DNA of 64,000 nucleotides from the human T2T-CHM13v2.0 reference genome, Homo sapiens. How positions within the stretch are numbered: position 1 is the stretch's first letter; each line of letters starts with the position of its first letter. Location: assembly GCF_009914755.1 (NCBI RefSeq), contig NC_060937.1; one strand, given 5' to 3'. The notes under the pieces were generated by a model that was not told where the DNA came from, did no database searches, and saw nothing but the letters and a program-made list of their open reading frames with translations. Both the position numbers and the translations under genes were made by a program. Shown here in pieces: positions 1 to 13,452 of this stretch.

Positions 1-284
1 TTAAATACACTTTTACAGTGGAAAGAACATGAAAGCCAACCCTACGGAAAAGAAAACAACCTAATTAAATTGTTGTAACTCATAAACCAGCCTTGTACAT
101 AAAATGTTATAATCTTACTAAACTTCTTTGTTTTCTGCCTATATAAACAAGAACTTAACTTTTGTCTTTGGGGCACTGACCTCATTTATCTGAAGTCTGT
201 GTCTCCTGGATGGCAATTCCCAGGTTTTCACTCAAATAAGCTTTAAAACTGGATTCTAATCCTTTTGATTATTTCAGGTTGACA
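1..284 (+). mobile_element. 3' part of an ERV1-class LTR (MER34/MER39-like), cut by the window start
   Basis: TATA-like CTATATAAA at ~139, poly(A)-signal-like AAATAAG at ~234, ends in ...TTTCAGGTTGACA, typical of MER4-group LTR 3' ends. Confidence 0.55.
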
Positions 285-749
285 GAAGCAACTTGGGAGA
301 TGGGGTGGCAGGTCAGAGTCTCTTGAATTGTTTGGTAATTCCTGGCATAATTCTAAGGTATAAGCCAGCTGCTGTTTTGTCAAGTTATTCCCTGGAAAAT
401 GATCATTGTATTAAATACATGTACCATTTTAAAATACCAAATAATGATACGAAGGATGATTTTCTTAGGCCTGATCATCTCTTTCAGGCTTTGTGGTACT
501 CATGCTTGCCATGAAAAACTATCCTAGAGAGTTATCCACTGTCCTGAGGTCCCTACATCATGTCTTCCTCCCAAGAATCATCCCCTATCCCCTGAGGTTT
601 TCACATTTCCTCCTACTCCTGGGGAGATCTTTGTAATATTCTGATCTCTTATTTCACCTCCACTGATTTTTATTTCCTCCACAGTACCTTCATACATTTT
701 CATAGGGCCATGGTCATATATATTGTATATGAGTAATTCTTGGGATAAA

Positions 750-830
750 ACCAAGTCCAGGGCCCTACCCCAGACAATTAATTCAGAATCTCTGATTATT
801 CTAACGGGCAGCTAGAATTGAGAAACCCTA
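750..830. mobile_element. MER5-like hAT-Charlie fragment
   Basis: gggccctaccccagac...tcagaatctctg...gcagctagaattgagaaacc resembles the MER5A core. Confidence 0.5.
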
Positions 831-1303
831 ATCTCCGAAATCTCGATTTTAAGCATCCTATCCCCCAGCCATTACTTTCTACTCATTCTCATTCAAACAC
901 CCTCAGCCCCATTTCAATTATTTTTTAACCTTATAATGACCTCTAATCCATTGACACTTTGACAATTCATCTCTCTTCTCTTGTCCTCACCTTTTATGTA
1001 CTACACTATAGTTCGACACTACATAGCCACGTCTATTCAGGGTTCATAATATCCTGGTCATTCTATTTATTACGCATGCCTCACAAAATTTCAACTTTGG
1101 TTAAATTAACTACCCACTTAGTTCATGTTGGCATTCAAGCAGCAGAATATTGCCAAGGAAAATCACACAAGTATGTAGAATGGTCTTATTTCAAATTATT
1201 ATCAAAAGTTCATATGGACCCTTGACATTGCAAGATGTCTCTCTACACTTTCCTAGTTATATAACTTTCCTGATTCTTCTAGATGATTATGATATACCAC
1301 CTC

Positions 1304-1759
1304 TATAGTGGGTTGAATGGTATCCTCCAAAATACGTCCAAGTCCGAACTCCCAGTACCTGCGAATTTGACCTTTTGGGAAAATAGGGTCTTCTTGCAGG
1401 TATAATTAAAGATCTCAGAATGAAATGATCCTGGATTTAGGGTGTGCACTATATACAATGACAGGTGACCTTATAAGAGATAGGAAAGGAAAATTGGAAA
1501 CACAGAGGCCTAGGGAAGACTGCTATGTGAAAAAGAAAACAAATTAGAGTTACGTTGCCACAAACCAAGGGATGCCAGGAGCTATCAAAGACTGGGATAG
1601 ACAAGAGATGATTCTTCCACAGAGTCTTCAGAGGGGGGCGTGGCCATTCCAACACCTTGATTTTGGACTTCTGGCTTCCAGAATTGTCACAGAATAAATT
1701 TTAGTTGCTTTTAGCCTCTCAGTTTGTGGAATTTGCTATGGTGGTAGGAAACAAATACA
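1304..1759 (+). mobile_element. MLT1 (B/C-like) MaLR solo LTR
   Basis: Starts tatagtgggttgaatgg, contains ttttggacttctggcttccagaattgt, ends gaaacaaataca; near-TSD acctc/acctt. Confidence 0.85.
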
Positions 1760-1993
1760 ACCTTTCATCTCAAAACTCCAATCCCTTCCTTTTCTCTAAC
1801 TCCCCACCTTTGCCCCCACTCCCAGGATGAGTTGCATTTATTAATAAAATAGATGCAATCAGATGAAAACAATCTCTTGTTCCCACCAACCCCATATACC
1901 CACCTACATTTGTAGACCCCATCTGCCTTTTCTTGCTTTGGGGTTCCTCTTCTGTCAAAGGACCCCTGTCCACTAATTTTTTTTATTCAGTTA

Positions 1994-2072
1994 TTATTGG
2001 GTGCAAGGGTAATTGCAGTTTTTGCCATTGAAAGTAATGGCAAAACTACAATTACTTTGGCACCAACCTAAT
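1994..2072. mobile_element. MADE1 mariner-derived MITE (~80 bp palindrome)
   Basis: gggtgcaagggtaattgcagtttttgccattgaaagtaatggcaaaactacaattactttggcaccaacctaa matches the MADE1 consensus; two long inverted arms. Confidence 0.9.
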
Positions 2073-2999
2073 AATATATGCCCAGTTACCCCCTCCTCTG
2101 CCCTGTACTATCACCAGTTGTCTACTAGATCATTTCTATTGGCTTAAAAACATGCCTTGATATTGTCTGTCTTAAAAGTGTATGCGTGTGTGCGTGTTTG
2201 TATAGTACATACTTTCGACCTTGACTTCATACCCCTCTCCAAATACTGTTTATTTTCTGTGCTCCCCTGACAGTTCCACTCCTTAAAAGAACTGTTCATA
2301 TTTATTATTTCTACTTTCTCACTTCCCCTTTTCTGCCCAATTTATTTTGATCAAGTTTTTGTTTCTACCACTTCACTGAAAGACCTCCTATAATGATCTC
2401 TAATGTCTCGCATTTTGCTAAACCCAATGGCTAATTCTCTGTTTTCATTTTACTCAAACTTGCAGCAGTTGATGTAGTTCTCCACTTGCTCCTGTCACTT
2501 CCTGCTTCAGGCATTTGTAAATCTGACCTGTTATTATTGCCATGACAAGTTGAAATAATTGGGGAATGACATTTTTTTGAGGGGCTAGTAATTCTCACTT
2601 TTGTCTTTGTGCTTTTTGTTGTGTCTATTTAAAGCTTGATAGAGGGTTTGGGATTGATTGTTTTGCTTTTATTACAGTCATGTTCATGGACCAAATGTTC
2701 TAGGAACAAAAGGATATTAGACATGGCCTGGAAAGCCACAGTCTAGGACCAAAATAATTTAAGCAAAAATTGAATCTTTATTAGCAGGGGTTCACTGATG
2801 AGACATAAACATAAATTAAGATTGCTAAATACTGTAAATAAGGAAATTATCTATACTTTTCATATCTGTTATGCTTGTTTTTCTGTTTTAGTGGCAGATA
2901 AAGAATGTAGACAGATTCCATGCAAGTTCCCAGAGTAAGATTCTAAGTTGGGAACACATAGCTTAGTATCCAGAGTAGGGCTCTCCTACAGGTGATTTT

Positions 3000-3490
3000 A
3001 TGATGCCAGATGTGAGACTTAGAAGAGAATCTGGTTTAACATGAATGTTTCTAAGTATTATCCTGAATATGACAACTGAAGACTGGTAGGAATCCAGATT
3101 AGTACTCAGAGGGAGCAGGAGTAGAGCTGCATGAAGGTGATTTGTGTCTTTGCTCATGAATATGGATTCTCCCCAGAGAGAGTTGGAGAAGGCTAAAGCA
3201 AACAATGAAGAAAGAAAAAGAGGGGGAGAGAGGACACAACAGGCACTGGCCACCAACAGACAAATAAATTGGTGTTTAAATATCCCTGCTCCTTTTCCTC
3301 CCTGGAGGGATAATGTTCCCTGTATTTTCCCCATGGGACTAATGGGATTCTCCATGTGACCATTGTGGAGGCAGACTTAATCATGCCCTCTTCCCCACTC
3401 CCTGCTCAAGTTCCTGTGTTTCCCAAATAACTTCATGCACGCAAAGTTTTGTTTCAGGGTCTGTTATGGAGGAGTGAATACTGAGACCCC
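3000..3490 (+). mobile_element. Old ERVL-type LTR fragment (LTR16/LTR33-like)
   Basis: 3' end aaataacttcatgcacgcaaagttttgtttcagggtctgttatggagga resembles ERVL LTR termini; start is uncertain. Confidence 0.4.
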
Positions 3491-3534
3491 ACCTAAACTG
3501 ATGAATGTCCTGGTACCAGGAGAGGGTATATACA

Positions 3535-4589
3535 TGCTATGGGTCAAAATTCAAATGTTAAAACTCTACCTTGCAGTACTTCAGAATGTGACCTTATTTG
3601 GAAATGGGGTTGTTTGCAGATGTAATTAGTTAAGATTAAAGTGGGCCAATAATTCAATAGGACTGGAGTCCTTACAAAAAGGAGGCGATTTAGACACAGA
3701 GATAGACATGCACACTGGAAGAATGCCATGTGAACGCAAAGGCAGAGATCAGAGTTGCTATGTGTTGCATTGTATACCCCTACAATTTTTACGCTGAAGC
3801 CCTAACCTTTGAGGTGACTGTATTTGGAGATAGGTCCTACATGGAAGTAATGAAGATTATAAGAGTTCATAAGGGTGGGGCCCTAATCCTTAACTAATTA
3901 CATCTGTAAACAACTGCATTTCTAATCCCCAATTAATTACATCTGCAATTCTACCGCAAGGTAGAATTTTAACATTTGAATTTTGACCCAATTGAATTTC
4001 TCCTGGGACCCTCTCCTGGGACCAGGACATCTGACAGTTTAGGTGATGTCTCAGTATTCATGCCTCCTTAGTTCTTTTAAGGATCTGTGTCCTGAAAAGA
4101 AGAGACACTATAAAAAGGGCTCTCTCTCTTTCTCCCTCTCTCTCTCTCATTCCCTGCCCCACAACCATTTCACTACCATGTGAAGACACAATGAGATGGC
4201 AGCCATCTACAAATGAAGAATACAGCCCACACTAGAACTGGAATCAACCCGTACCTTGATCTTGAGACTTTTCAGTCTCCAGATCTGTGAGAAATTTATT
4301 TCTGGGGTTTAAGCCACCCAGTCTGTAGTATTTTGTTCTGGCAGCTTGAGCTGATTAATGCAAGGGTGATGAGTCTACAAGTCAAGAAATGCCAAAGATT
4401 GCCAGAAAACCACCAAAAGCTAGGAGACAGGCATAGTATAGAGGTTGCTCATGGCCCTCAGAAGGAACCAACCTTGCTGACACCTTGATCTTGGACTTCT
4501 AGCCTCAGAAATGTGAGACAATAAGTTTCTGTTGTTTAAGCCACCAGGTTTGTGGAACTTTATAAGAGCAGCCCTACTAAATTAATATA
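3535..4589 (+). mobile_element. MLT1B-like LTR split by a nested MLT1A-like LTR
   Basis: 5' half 3535-3755 (tgctatggg...gtgaccttatttggaaat); 3' half 4363-4589 (ccttgatcttggacttctagcctc...aaattaatata). Confidence 0.8.
3756..4362 (+). mobile_element. Nested MLT1A-like LTR carrying an internal inverted insertion
   Basis: Starts tgctatg, ends ctgattaatgca; near-TSD agagt (3751-3755) / agggt (4363-4367). Confidence 0.8.
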
Positions 4590-5094
4590 ACACATAACTG
4601 AAAGGTCATGGCGGTGGACAGACCTTAGACATTCTCTGTGGCCTTCAGCCCACCTGGGCCTGTATTTGAGTGTGTATCTACAGGAAAGCCAGAAACTGGA
4701 GTTAGATCTGAAACCTATTCCTGAGGACAGGATGTATGTCTGTTGTAGCCTAGACTTTGGCTGTGGGTTTTCTTATAACATTACCCCTGTCCCCTCTTTT
4801 CATATGTGGGGCTTTTATCTTATTCCTTGTTGTTTTCCTCATTACTCCCTTAGCAATATAGTATATGGAAATAACAGGACTTAGGAATTACAGCAAATTC
4901 CTTTAAGTAAATCTTTTACTTTCTTAAAAAACATAGACATACATTTGATGCTCACCTTGAGTCGGATTTCCTTGACCTTCAAGGAGAGATAATCGCAAAC
5001 TGAACTTTTAAAGAATATCCTTTACACACAAAAATGAAATAAGTAAGTTAATTAAAACTTAATGAATATAAATACATAATTTAGGTTCTGCAGC

Positions 5095-5245
5095 AGAAAA
5101 AAAGCCTTGGAATCGGCACCAGAATATTGGGATTCTAAGACTTACTTTGCTCTACCAGTTAAGTAACTTTCAAAAGTCAATCTCCTTTCCTAAGAGACTC
5201 ATTTCTTCATCTATACAATGATGAAATAGGGCTTGGTTACCTCTA
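5095..5245. mobile_element. MIR fragment
   Basis: MIR core-like actcatttcttcatctatacaatgatgaaatagg. Confidence 0.55.
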
Positions 5246-6104
5246 AAGCACATAGGCCTTTTACAGCTCCAGTATTCCTCTGATTTCTGTGATTCATTCT
5301 CACCTGTGCCAGGCTTTGCTCCTGGCAGGACTGGGGACCGTGAAACTGATGAAGCCATGGAGTAAAACCAGGTGGGGATGGAAATCTCTGGCTCTCCTGC
5401 ATAATTCACATGCCAGGCCCAACCAACATAAATGCATTCGCCAGTAATGACCTTGTGGAGAGCGTTCAAATGCTGAACATTTACACTCATAGATTTTTCT
5501 CATTATTATTTTCAGCCTCACTGCACGTTTTGTTTCAATTTGTTTTAAAAATTGTTTTGGAACACGTTCTATTGCTAGAAACTTTGACAGTATTGGCAAT
5601 CATGGTAGCATTCTCTCCCACACTGATTTAATGTGGAGTTAACCTCTTTCCAGAGCATTTACCTAGTGCAGATGTGTGAGCTCTGTTTTTCTCTGATTCC
5701 AAAATCAGTTTTTCTCTCCTTAGATGCAATGGCCCAAAGAACTGGTTGGGATTTGAATAGTCTTTCTTCTAAGGTTCTTTGACTCTATTATCATTAAAAA
5801 TAATTATGAAATAAAATTGTATGTTCATTGTATTCCATAAAAACATAGTCTTTCATCGTTAGATTTGTCAGCATTAGAATTGAGGGAAATAGATCAAACC
5901 AATGACATTTCAGAGACTTCATGAATGAGGTGGAGTTGGTTTGGGTTTTAAATGGGTTTTCTATTTAAGGACAGTAATGAAGGAAGGCATTACTGAAGAA
6001 GAATCAACGTGAGCAAAAATGAAATGAGAAAGGTACGGGCCATATTCCAAGACATATCCAGCTCTCTACTTTGGGCCACATTAAAAAGGACTTTAAAGTA
6101 ACTA

Positions 6105-6282
6105 TTTAATGGGTTTTCTTTGGAATGATGAAAATGTTTTGGAACTAGAGTAGAGGTGCTGTTTGTATACCACTGTGAATATACTAAATGCCATTGAGTT
6201 ATTCATTTTAAAATAATTACTTTTATGTTTTGTGAATCATACTTCCAAAAAAAAAAAAAAAAGAAAGAAAAGAAAAAAAAAG
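6105..6282 (+). mobile_element. L1MB-type 3' end with A-rich tail
   Basis: atgatgaaaatgttttggaactag...gtgaatatactaaatgccattgagtt, then poly(A)/(AAAG)n. Confidence 0.8.
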
Positions 6283-6509
6283 CAAGAAAGACTTCAAAGG
6301 CAAGTCCTATATGTTTTTCTGCTTAATCTGACAAGCAGTGTGGGCCCTCTGAAGTCTATGAAAACTGAGAAGTCACATGATCAAAAAAACAAAGAAAACG
6401 GTAACAGTTTAGGGGACAAATTGCATAGGGAGATATATGAGGTGGAGAGATCAGCTACATGGTTATTAAAATAGTCTACCTGGTAGCTTAAAACTCAGGG
6501 TTATCTTTT

Positions 6510-7470
6510 CTTTGAATATGTTTTTGTGCAAATTTCCAGATGTATATGAACTTAGAGAAAACAGTTTAATAAATTGCATGTACATATCACTCAGCTTCAA
6601 ATAATTTTTAACATGTTCCTAAGCTGATTCCCCCCGACTCCTCTACCCCACCCCCAACTCACCTCCACACACATTTTGCTTCACTTTCTTCCCTGGAGTA
6701 CTTTAAGGCAAACTCTAGACATCCTATCATTTCATCAGAAACAAACAAACAAAACTTGAGAATACATGTTAAACTTAGAAGGACATTTTTCTTTCTCCTT
6801 CTTCTTCTTCCCATTATGATACAGTAGACCTAAGAGAAATATGGGCCAATTTTAATACCATCCAATGTTTTCCTGATTGTATCAAAGATAAATCTGAACA
6901 GTCAGGTTGTTCTAGTTAGATCTAAATGAGGACCATATATTGTATTTAGTCATTATATTTCCTAAAGTTTTTTTTTTAATCCCACAAATAGCATCCTGAT
7001 CTTATTTTGTGTATGCCATTGATTTGTTGGAGAAAATGTGTCATCCACCTTGCTGAATCCTCCACATTCTGAGTGTGGCTGCTTGCTGCTGGAGGATTCC
7101 ATCTTGGGCCAGTGGAAACCATCTTCACATTGGATCTTGTTTCCTACTGACGTGCAAGTGGTATTGAGAGACGATCAAGGATCTGGAGTGCTCATTGTTA
7201 TTGGTTTTCAATACTTCTAGGCATTTTTAAGAAAACAGAGCTAAATATACATGTGTGTACAAGAAAAAAGTGAGTTTCTAGTGATATTTACAATCAAATT
7301 TAAGATAGCATTGTTTTACTTAATTTTGTTGATTGAAGGTATTATCTCTTGTAATGAAAAATAGTAGTTTTTAATTTAATTAATGTACTTATTCATAAAA
7401 TAGTTTTGAAATAGGTATTAATATAATATCCCTACTAACAATAAGACTACTGAAAGTAGCTTGCATTTTC
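6510..7470 (-). mobile_element. Old L1MC/ME 3' UTR fragment
   Basis: AT-rich L1M 3' UTR-like phrases (catatattgtatttagt, tatgccattgatttgttggagaaa). Confidence 0.5.
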
Positions 7471-10400
7471 ATTGTCAGGAGCCATCTTTGATATCCCATT
7501 TTTCAAATTACTCACATCAGTGGTATATCAATTTCTTTTGACTTTACGTGTTATCAATTCTTCTGGACCAGATTATTTCAATAGTCTCATAATCTGTCTC
7601 TCTCCATCCCAACCTCCCCTTCCAAGATATTTTCTACATTTCTGCCAGAGGTATATTTCTAAAGCACATATTGGATTAAAACAAACAAGCAAAAACAAAC
7701 CAAACTTCAAAGGCAACTCATTATCTGCTCAATGAACTCCAGACTTCTTTCCCTGCAGGTTAAGGTTCTCCTCTGCAGGGTCATGTGAAATCGTCACAGA
7801 CTCCAGCTTTCAGAACTCCTCTTAAGACTTCTGCCCCTGTGGATACAGAACTCAGCACTCCTGTGCATCCACCATAGAATGTCCTATACATAGGAGAGAC
7901 AGTAAAAGGCACCAATATCACAAGGCCTTGAGAAAATAACTTAAAAACATCTTGTTAGATGTAGCTGTCTTTTTTAAATCCTTAAGTCTCTTTTTGACTT
8001 TTCTTGATTTTTTTCCCGCCTTTGACCCTCTTTCCAAACACACTTAATCTCACTGACTCCTCTGAATGTTTTTCTTGAATTTTTTAAAAATGGAAATGCA
8101 TTTTTACCTCCTCCCTTATACAGAATAATTATTTCTTTCTCAGTTCACACCTTGACACTTATATCTGCAAATCTATTAATACATGTAGTAAAACAATGAT
8201 ATTTCCCAATAATAGGACTTATTATCCTTGCAGTTTAGCAGACATACTTTATGACTTAAGTACATCTTTTTGCTTTTCACTCACCCTTCTATGACTTCTT
8301 TATATTTTATGTAGCTAGTTGCTCAGAAATGAAAGTGTTCTCTTTTTTTTTTTTTTAACACAAGGTTTATCCCAAACTGCCTTGCCTGTGTTTTATTCTA
8401 AGATTATCCCACATTCCAGTGAGGCAAACTCATTTACTTCCTTCTTTTTACTTCTAAGATATTAAAACTTACCTAATTGGATTGCATTTTCCCATTATTT
8501 CCACCAACTGAAATCCCAATGATTCAAATTTCTGCTTATATGCCATCCTCTTCATGAATTTTTTTCCTGTTCTGATTTCAACCAAGCATTGTCCTCTGAG
8601 AATTCCAGAAGAGTTTATCTATGCCCCACTTAGGTCATTTACGTTATTGTGTCTGGAATTGTATTTGTCTATATCCACAGATGTCACCATTATGAGGGTA
8701 CATTTGGCCCTGGGGAAGACTTAATTTTATTCACATTAGGGTTATCTAGCAACTTAATAAATTATATGTTGAAACAAAGAATGCAACTTACTGTTACCCA
8801 CATTTAGACAACCAAAATATCATCTATACTCCCATTATTTCTTTTGAAATTCAATAATGACCTATAATAAAGGATAATATAAAAGGACAGGGAACATTTC
8901 TGAGAACCCAATGCATTTTATAGATATTTTATAGATCCTCTTTCTAGAAAAACAGCATATTTCCCACGTTTTACAATCAGTTGCATGGTTGCACTTGTTT
9001 CTTTTTGGTGCCTCGGTGGAGCTAGAGAACTACTGTTCCCCAGGGTATTTCTATTTCCATGTCTGGGATGTTTAACTCGTCTCCATGTTCTGTCTATTTA
9101 ATTGTTCCTCCATTTGTAGTGTGACTAGTGACAGTTCCTAAAGATAATTCCATTACAAAAGGAGAGTTTATGTATTGGAAAAATGTGTTCCACCCAACAA
9201 ACTACAGATATGCATTATAGAACTGAATCTTATTGAATCCTCACTGAAGTGTATGTATGTGTATGTTTGAGTGGTGCACTGCTAGGTATTGTCATTCATG
9301 TCAGGTACTGAGAGACAAATAAAAGAAATCAGAACCAGTTGGTACCTGAGAAAGTGTGGGTTATGTGCAGATGTGCAAAAAAAAATCAGGCATAAAATAA
9401 ACTGTTAATAAATGTAATTATTCCACTGTTTCCCCTTGTATGTCTTCTCCTCAGGGAACTATGAAAAAGCCAGATGCTGATCTGGGAAATGTCCCAGAAT
9501 TATTCTTTTGAAAAATATTAACACTCCATTACAAAAGGTCTTGCGGAGAATTATATTGAAACTCAGTTCCTGATGACTATAAATATTTAGAAGCAGCAAC
9601 ACATTGGAGCAAAACTTGCGATTTGAGGGTGAGCATTATGCAATTGATTAGGAAAAATGTGAGCTTTGAAATTGTCTTTAAGTATAATTCTACTTCCAAC
9701 GGTACAGATAGGCCTTTTCCTGTGATTGGAGGTGTAAGCACTTTCTGAAAACTCCCTCTCACTAGTTAAACATAAGAGAGGTGCTGTTGGTATAGTTCTT
9801 GGCATGGGGTAACTGCCCAAGTCACACTGCTCCTTCTGGGACAGCTGGCACCGTTGGTAGTAAATGCCACTGTTGCTGCGCACCTCAGATCCCATGTAAA
9901 CTGTGGTACCATCTTCTCTATCTGCTGGGCATTAGTGAATTCATAAATTTGATTTGATTCAAAGGTGTAGAAAAGAAGAGACCGTTTCTCCTTTCTTGCT
10001 AAAGGTAGAATTCCCCTGTGATCATAGTGCTATGATGGTGAAGGTGGGGCAGGAGTAATGCTGAAACACACCTGTTATTTTATGGAAGTTTAGCACTCAG
10101 TGCTTTTGCGATGGCAATTATGGCATATGGTTTAGTGCCTTGACATAGTAAGAACTTACAAATGTTTTTGGGATTAGAAGATTGTTTGGAAGTTTCAATG
10201 AATATCCCCGACTTACAAAATGGAATAAAATGATAACATCAAGCTTCAGTGCCAGGGGAGATCTTGGAGTGGAATTTTTAAAGTAATAGGACAGAAGACT
10301 TCTGGTGACAGTGGCCCTATGCACACTGGAGCCAGACCTGTGCTGTACAGCAAAGGAATTTACAGTATGGTTTAACTCCACAGTAAAGGATCAAAACATA

Positions 10401-12049
10401 AGGGGTAGGCACTATAATATGTCTATAAGGTGGGATGGGATGATATGTCTAACTCTGTTTTCCATTATGCAAAAGAAACATATTAACGGAAAGAACATTA
10501 TGAAAGCAGTAAGACAGCTAGAATAATGTTCATGCAAAATGAACCACCTGGTTCTTATGAAGAACTACCCACCCACTAAATTACCTTGGGTTCTATGTAG
10601 TAGAGTTGGTTTGCAGAACAAACATAGTTGCTTAGATATGTTTATAAAAATGTACCATTTGGATGAAGAAAAAAATTAAATATTCAAATGTATGAGTGAT
10701 TTCAATCTGAAAAACACGAAGGCTGTTTTTGTCATGGGGTGATTTAAACTATATCTGACCCAGAGCCATTCTTAAAAGTATGTGGTGAAGGAGGCCAATC
10801 CTGATTAGTTAATTAGACAGAGGATAACAACAGAAGAAAATTGTGTACTAAAAAAAAAAATCAAGCTTAGAGGGAGAGATTTTTAACTACTGTATAACTA
10901 CTCCTATTTAGCAGAAAAGAAGATTTTTAACTTCAGGAGGATATGCACTAGATGCCAGAATGAACCACGAGAAATTTCCCTGGTGAACAAACTTAGGACT
11001 GAGAGAAAAGACAAGAAAGTTATGGTTCCTCTGAATTATCAGCTCAAATCTTTTTAATTTGCCCAAATTGAAAATATTTGTATACTGCTGAGATGTTGGG
11101 CTAAGATTCCCTGAGTTTGCCCTTTTTATGCTTCTAAATAATTGGTTGTTTTAGAATTTGCCATGCAGTAGTGCATTAAATTTGCTTGTATGTTTTCTTT
11201 GTTCAAGAAGCTATCATGTGGTTAAGGAAAGTGTATGTCTGGATTTCTTTGTAATCCCAACACTGAGTTCAGTGACTGATATTTACAAGCTACAAAATAG
11301 ATGGCAGAGGCCCAAATCCTTATAACACTAAGATAGTAAGTCTAAGTAGGGAAAATACCCACAAATGTTCCAGTTATGACTTATTTTGTCCTTACTGGAA
11401 TAAATTACAACAGAGGATTGATTTTTGACAACTACTAAATATGTCCATTATATAATTTGCAAAATTTTCATTTGAAATCATTCATTCTGAGAAAATTCGT
11501 AGGTCTCAAATGTGGATAAATTGAAGTATCTTAACTATCTGAGGCAGGAAGGAGACTTCGGTGCTTTCTGGAGGGTCACATGGGCTGTGGAAGATCAGGA
11601 TTATAGTGTCATTACGAGGGCTCTGAGCAGGAAGAGCTGCTTTGGGAGGCTGAGAGGGTGTAGAAGAACATCAACTGTTAGTTCAGCTTATGCAGATTTT
11701 GCCGAGAATTTTGTGTTACAACTTGGAAATAATAGCAGTTGGATATATGGAATCTGATATTGGAGTAAAAGACGTATTTAGAAACATAAATGAGGAAATT
11801 TTCACATAAGTTTGATATTTAAAAGCATGAGAGACCAGAATTACCCAAAGAAAGAATGTAAATAACAAAGAGAAGAATACATGAGTATTTAAAAAAAATC
11901 TCAAATTTCTTTAGTCGCTGAGGACAGGTACTGTGAAGATTAAAGGAAAGGAGAGGAGGAGGTAGACATGATAAGGTGTAGACCATGGAGGTAGGAGGGT
12001 GGGAAGGTGTTGCCAGTGAGCAGGCAACATGAGCATGAGGATGATGACT

Positions 12050-12205
12050 GCAGAAGAGTTACTATTTGGTAGGAGCTGTTCTGGCATGTCACTTGTATTG
12101 AGTCATTTCATCCTCAAAGCAAATTATAAAGTAAGCACTACTATTACCTACATTTTGCAGATGAGGGAACTGCACCTTGCCCAAAGTCATTCTGCTATTA
12201 ATAAA
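12050..12205. mobile_element. MIR fragment
   Basis: ctattacctacattttgcagatgagggaactg...cttgcccaaagtca. Confidence 0.7.
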
Positions 12206-13452
12206 TAGAAGAGAATGAAGGAGACAAATATATGCAGCCTAACTCTGTAAAGTCAAGAGAGAGAACTTGGGACAAAACTGCAGTGCAATTGGCCCTTTCC
12301 AGGAGACAGAAAGTCACTAAATACCAATGTCAGGGCAAATACATGTATCAGGGCCCGTCAGGGCATCTTCTTCAACATTCCAGCTACTATGAGAATATGG
12401 TAATGTTAATGCCATTGTATTCTAATCATTCAGATATATGCATGTTCCAGAGAAATACCAGAAAATAAAATAACAGATTTCTGAGTTAGGCCACCTGTGC
12501 TGTTTTAACCTGCAATATGGCTTTAATGGCTAATTGTTAATTTCCACTTTAATAGATCTACTTACTGAGACCTTACTTCTTACTCTTCCCTTTCCTTGAT
12601 GTACCCTGTCTTCTTTTCTTAATCCACACTGTGTGTGTGTGCTCCATGTTTAAGAGCATGGGTCAGCCTAGTACTGTAACTACTAAGCATGTAATTATTT
12701 CCATGGATCATTCTACTGCATGAGGTGTGGTTAGATGGGACTGTAAGTTCTTACTACAACCATGTCAGACACTGGTGGACGAAGCCAAGGGGAGAAAGAA
12801 GAGCAAGGGTAGTAACTGTGTGCTTCGCCCAGCACATGCTGAGCAGGGCATGTGTGACTCAGGGGTTAAATCTCCCACCCAGAAACTGTGAGTTGCTCTG
12901 TCCTTGCATCAGCATGTCAGCATTTTATGTATTCAGAACTTAGAAATCTCTTTTTTTTTTGTTTGTTTTCTTTTGTTTTTGTTTTTTAACCCAGAAATAT
13001 AAAAGGTACTTTTGAAACACTAATCATTCATTTTCCTCCTTATTTTAAGCAGTAAAAATACACTTAAAAACCATTTCATTAGTGAAAGGAAGTTTAGAAG
13101 AAGGGAACAGAAAGAACTAGATTCTTGTCCCCCTCACCCCTTTGGCCAGTTAGAGAACAGATTAGATACATACCAACATTATTTTAGTATTTAGGAAAAT
13201 AGCCACATTGCATCTTCTAGGTAAATGTTGAGGTGGGCTCAAAATGGAGCTGTGCACAAAAGAGTCACATGTTGGGCAGAGTGTAAGCAATGATGCCCTG
13301 GTAGTAAAGTGACGGAGGACAAAGTCTGCTCATTACTTAATCTAAAATTGAAGCTCAATGTCTTGATCATTCACTTTTTGAGGTCAGGAGCCCTCTGAAT
13401 TACCTTTATATAACAGCGTCTATCAGCCTATTACAACTTTATAAAAAGGGCA

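Larger units (their letters stand above)
940..2510 (+). mobile_element. Degraded L2 LINE interrupted by an MLT1 LTR and MADE1
   Basis: C/T-rich L2-like phrases such as ctaccacttcactgaaagac and cagcagttgatgtagttctccacttgctcc on both sides of the younger inserts. Confidence 0.5.
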
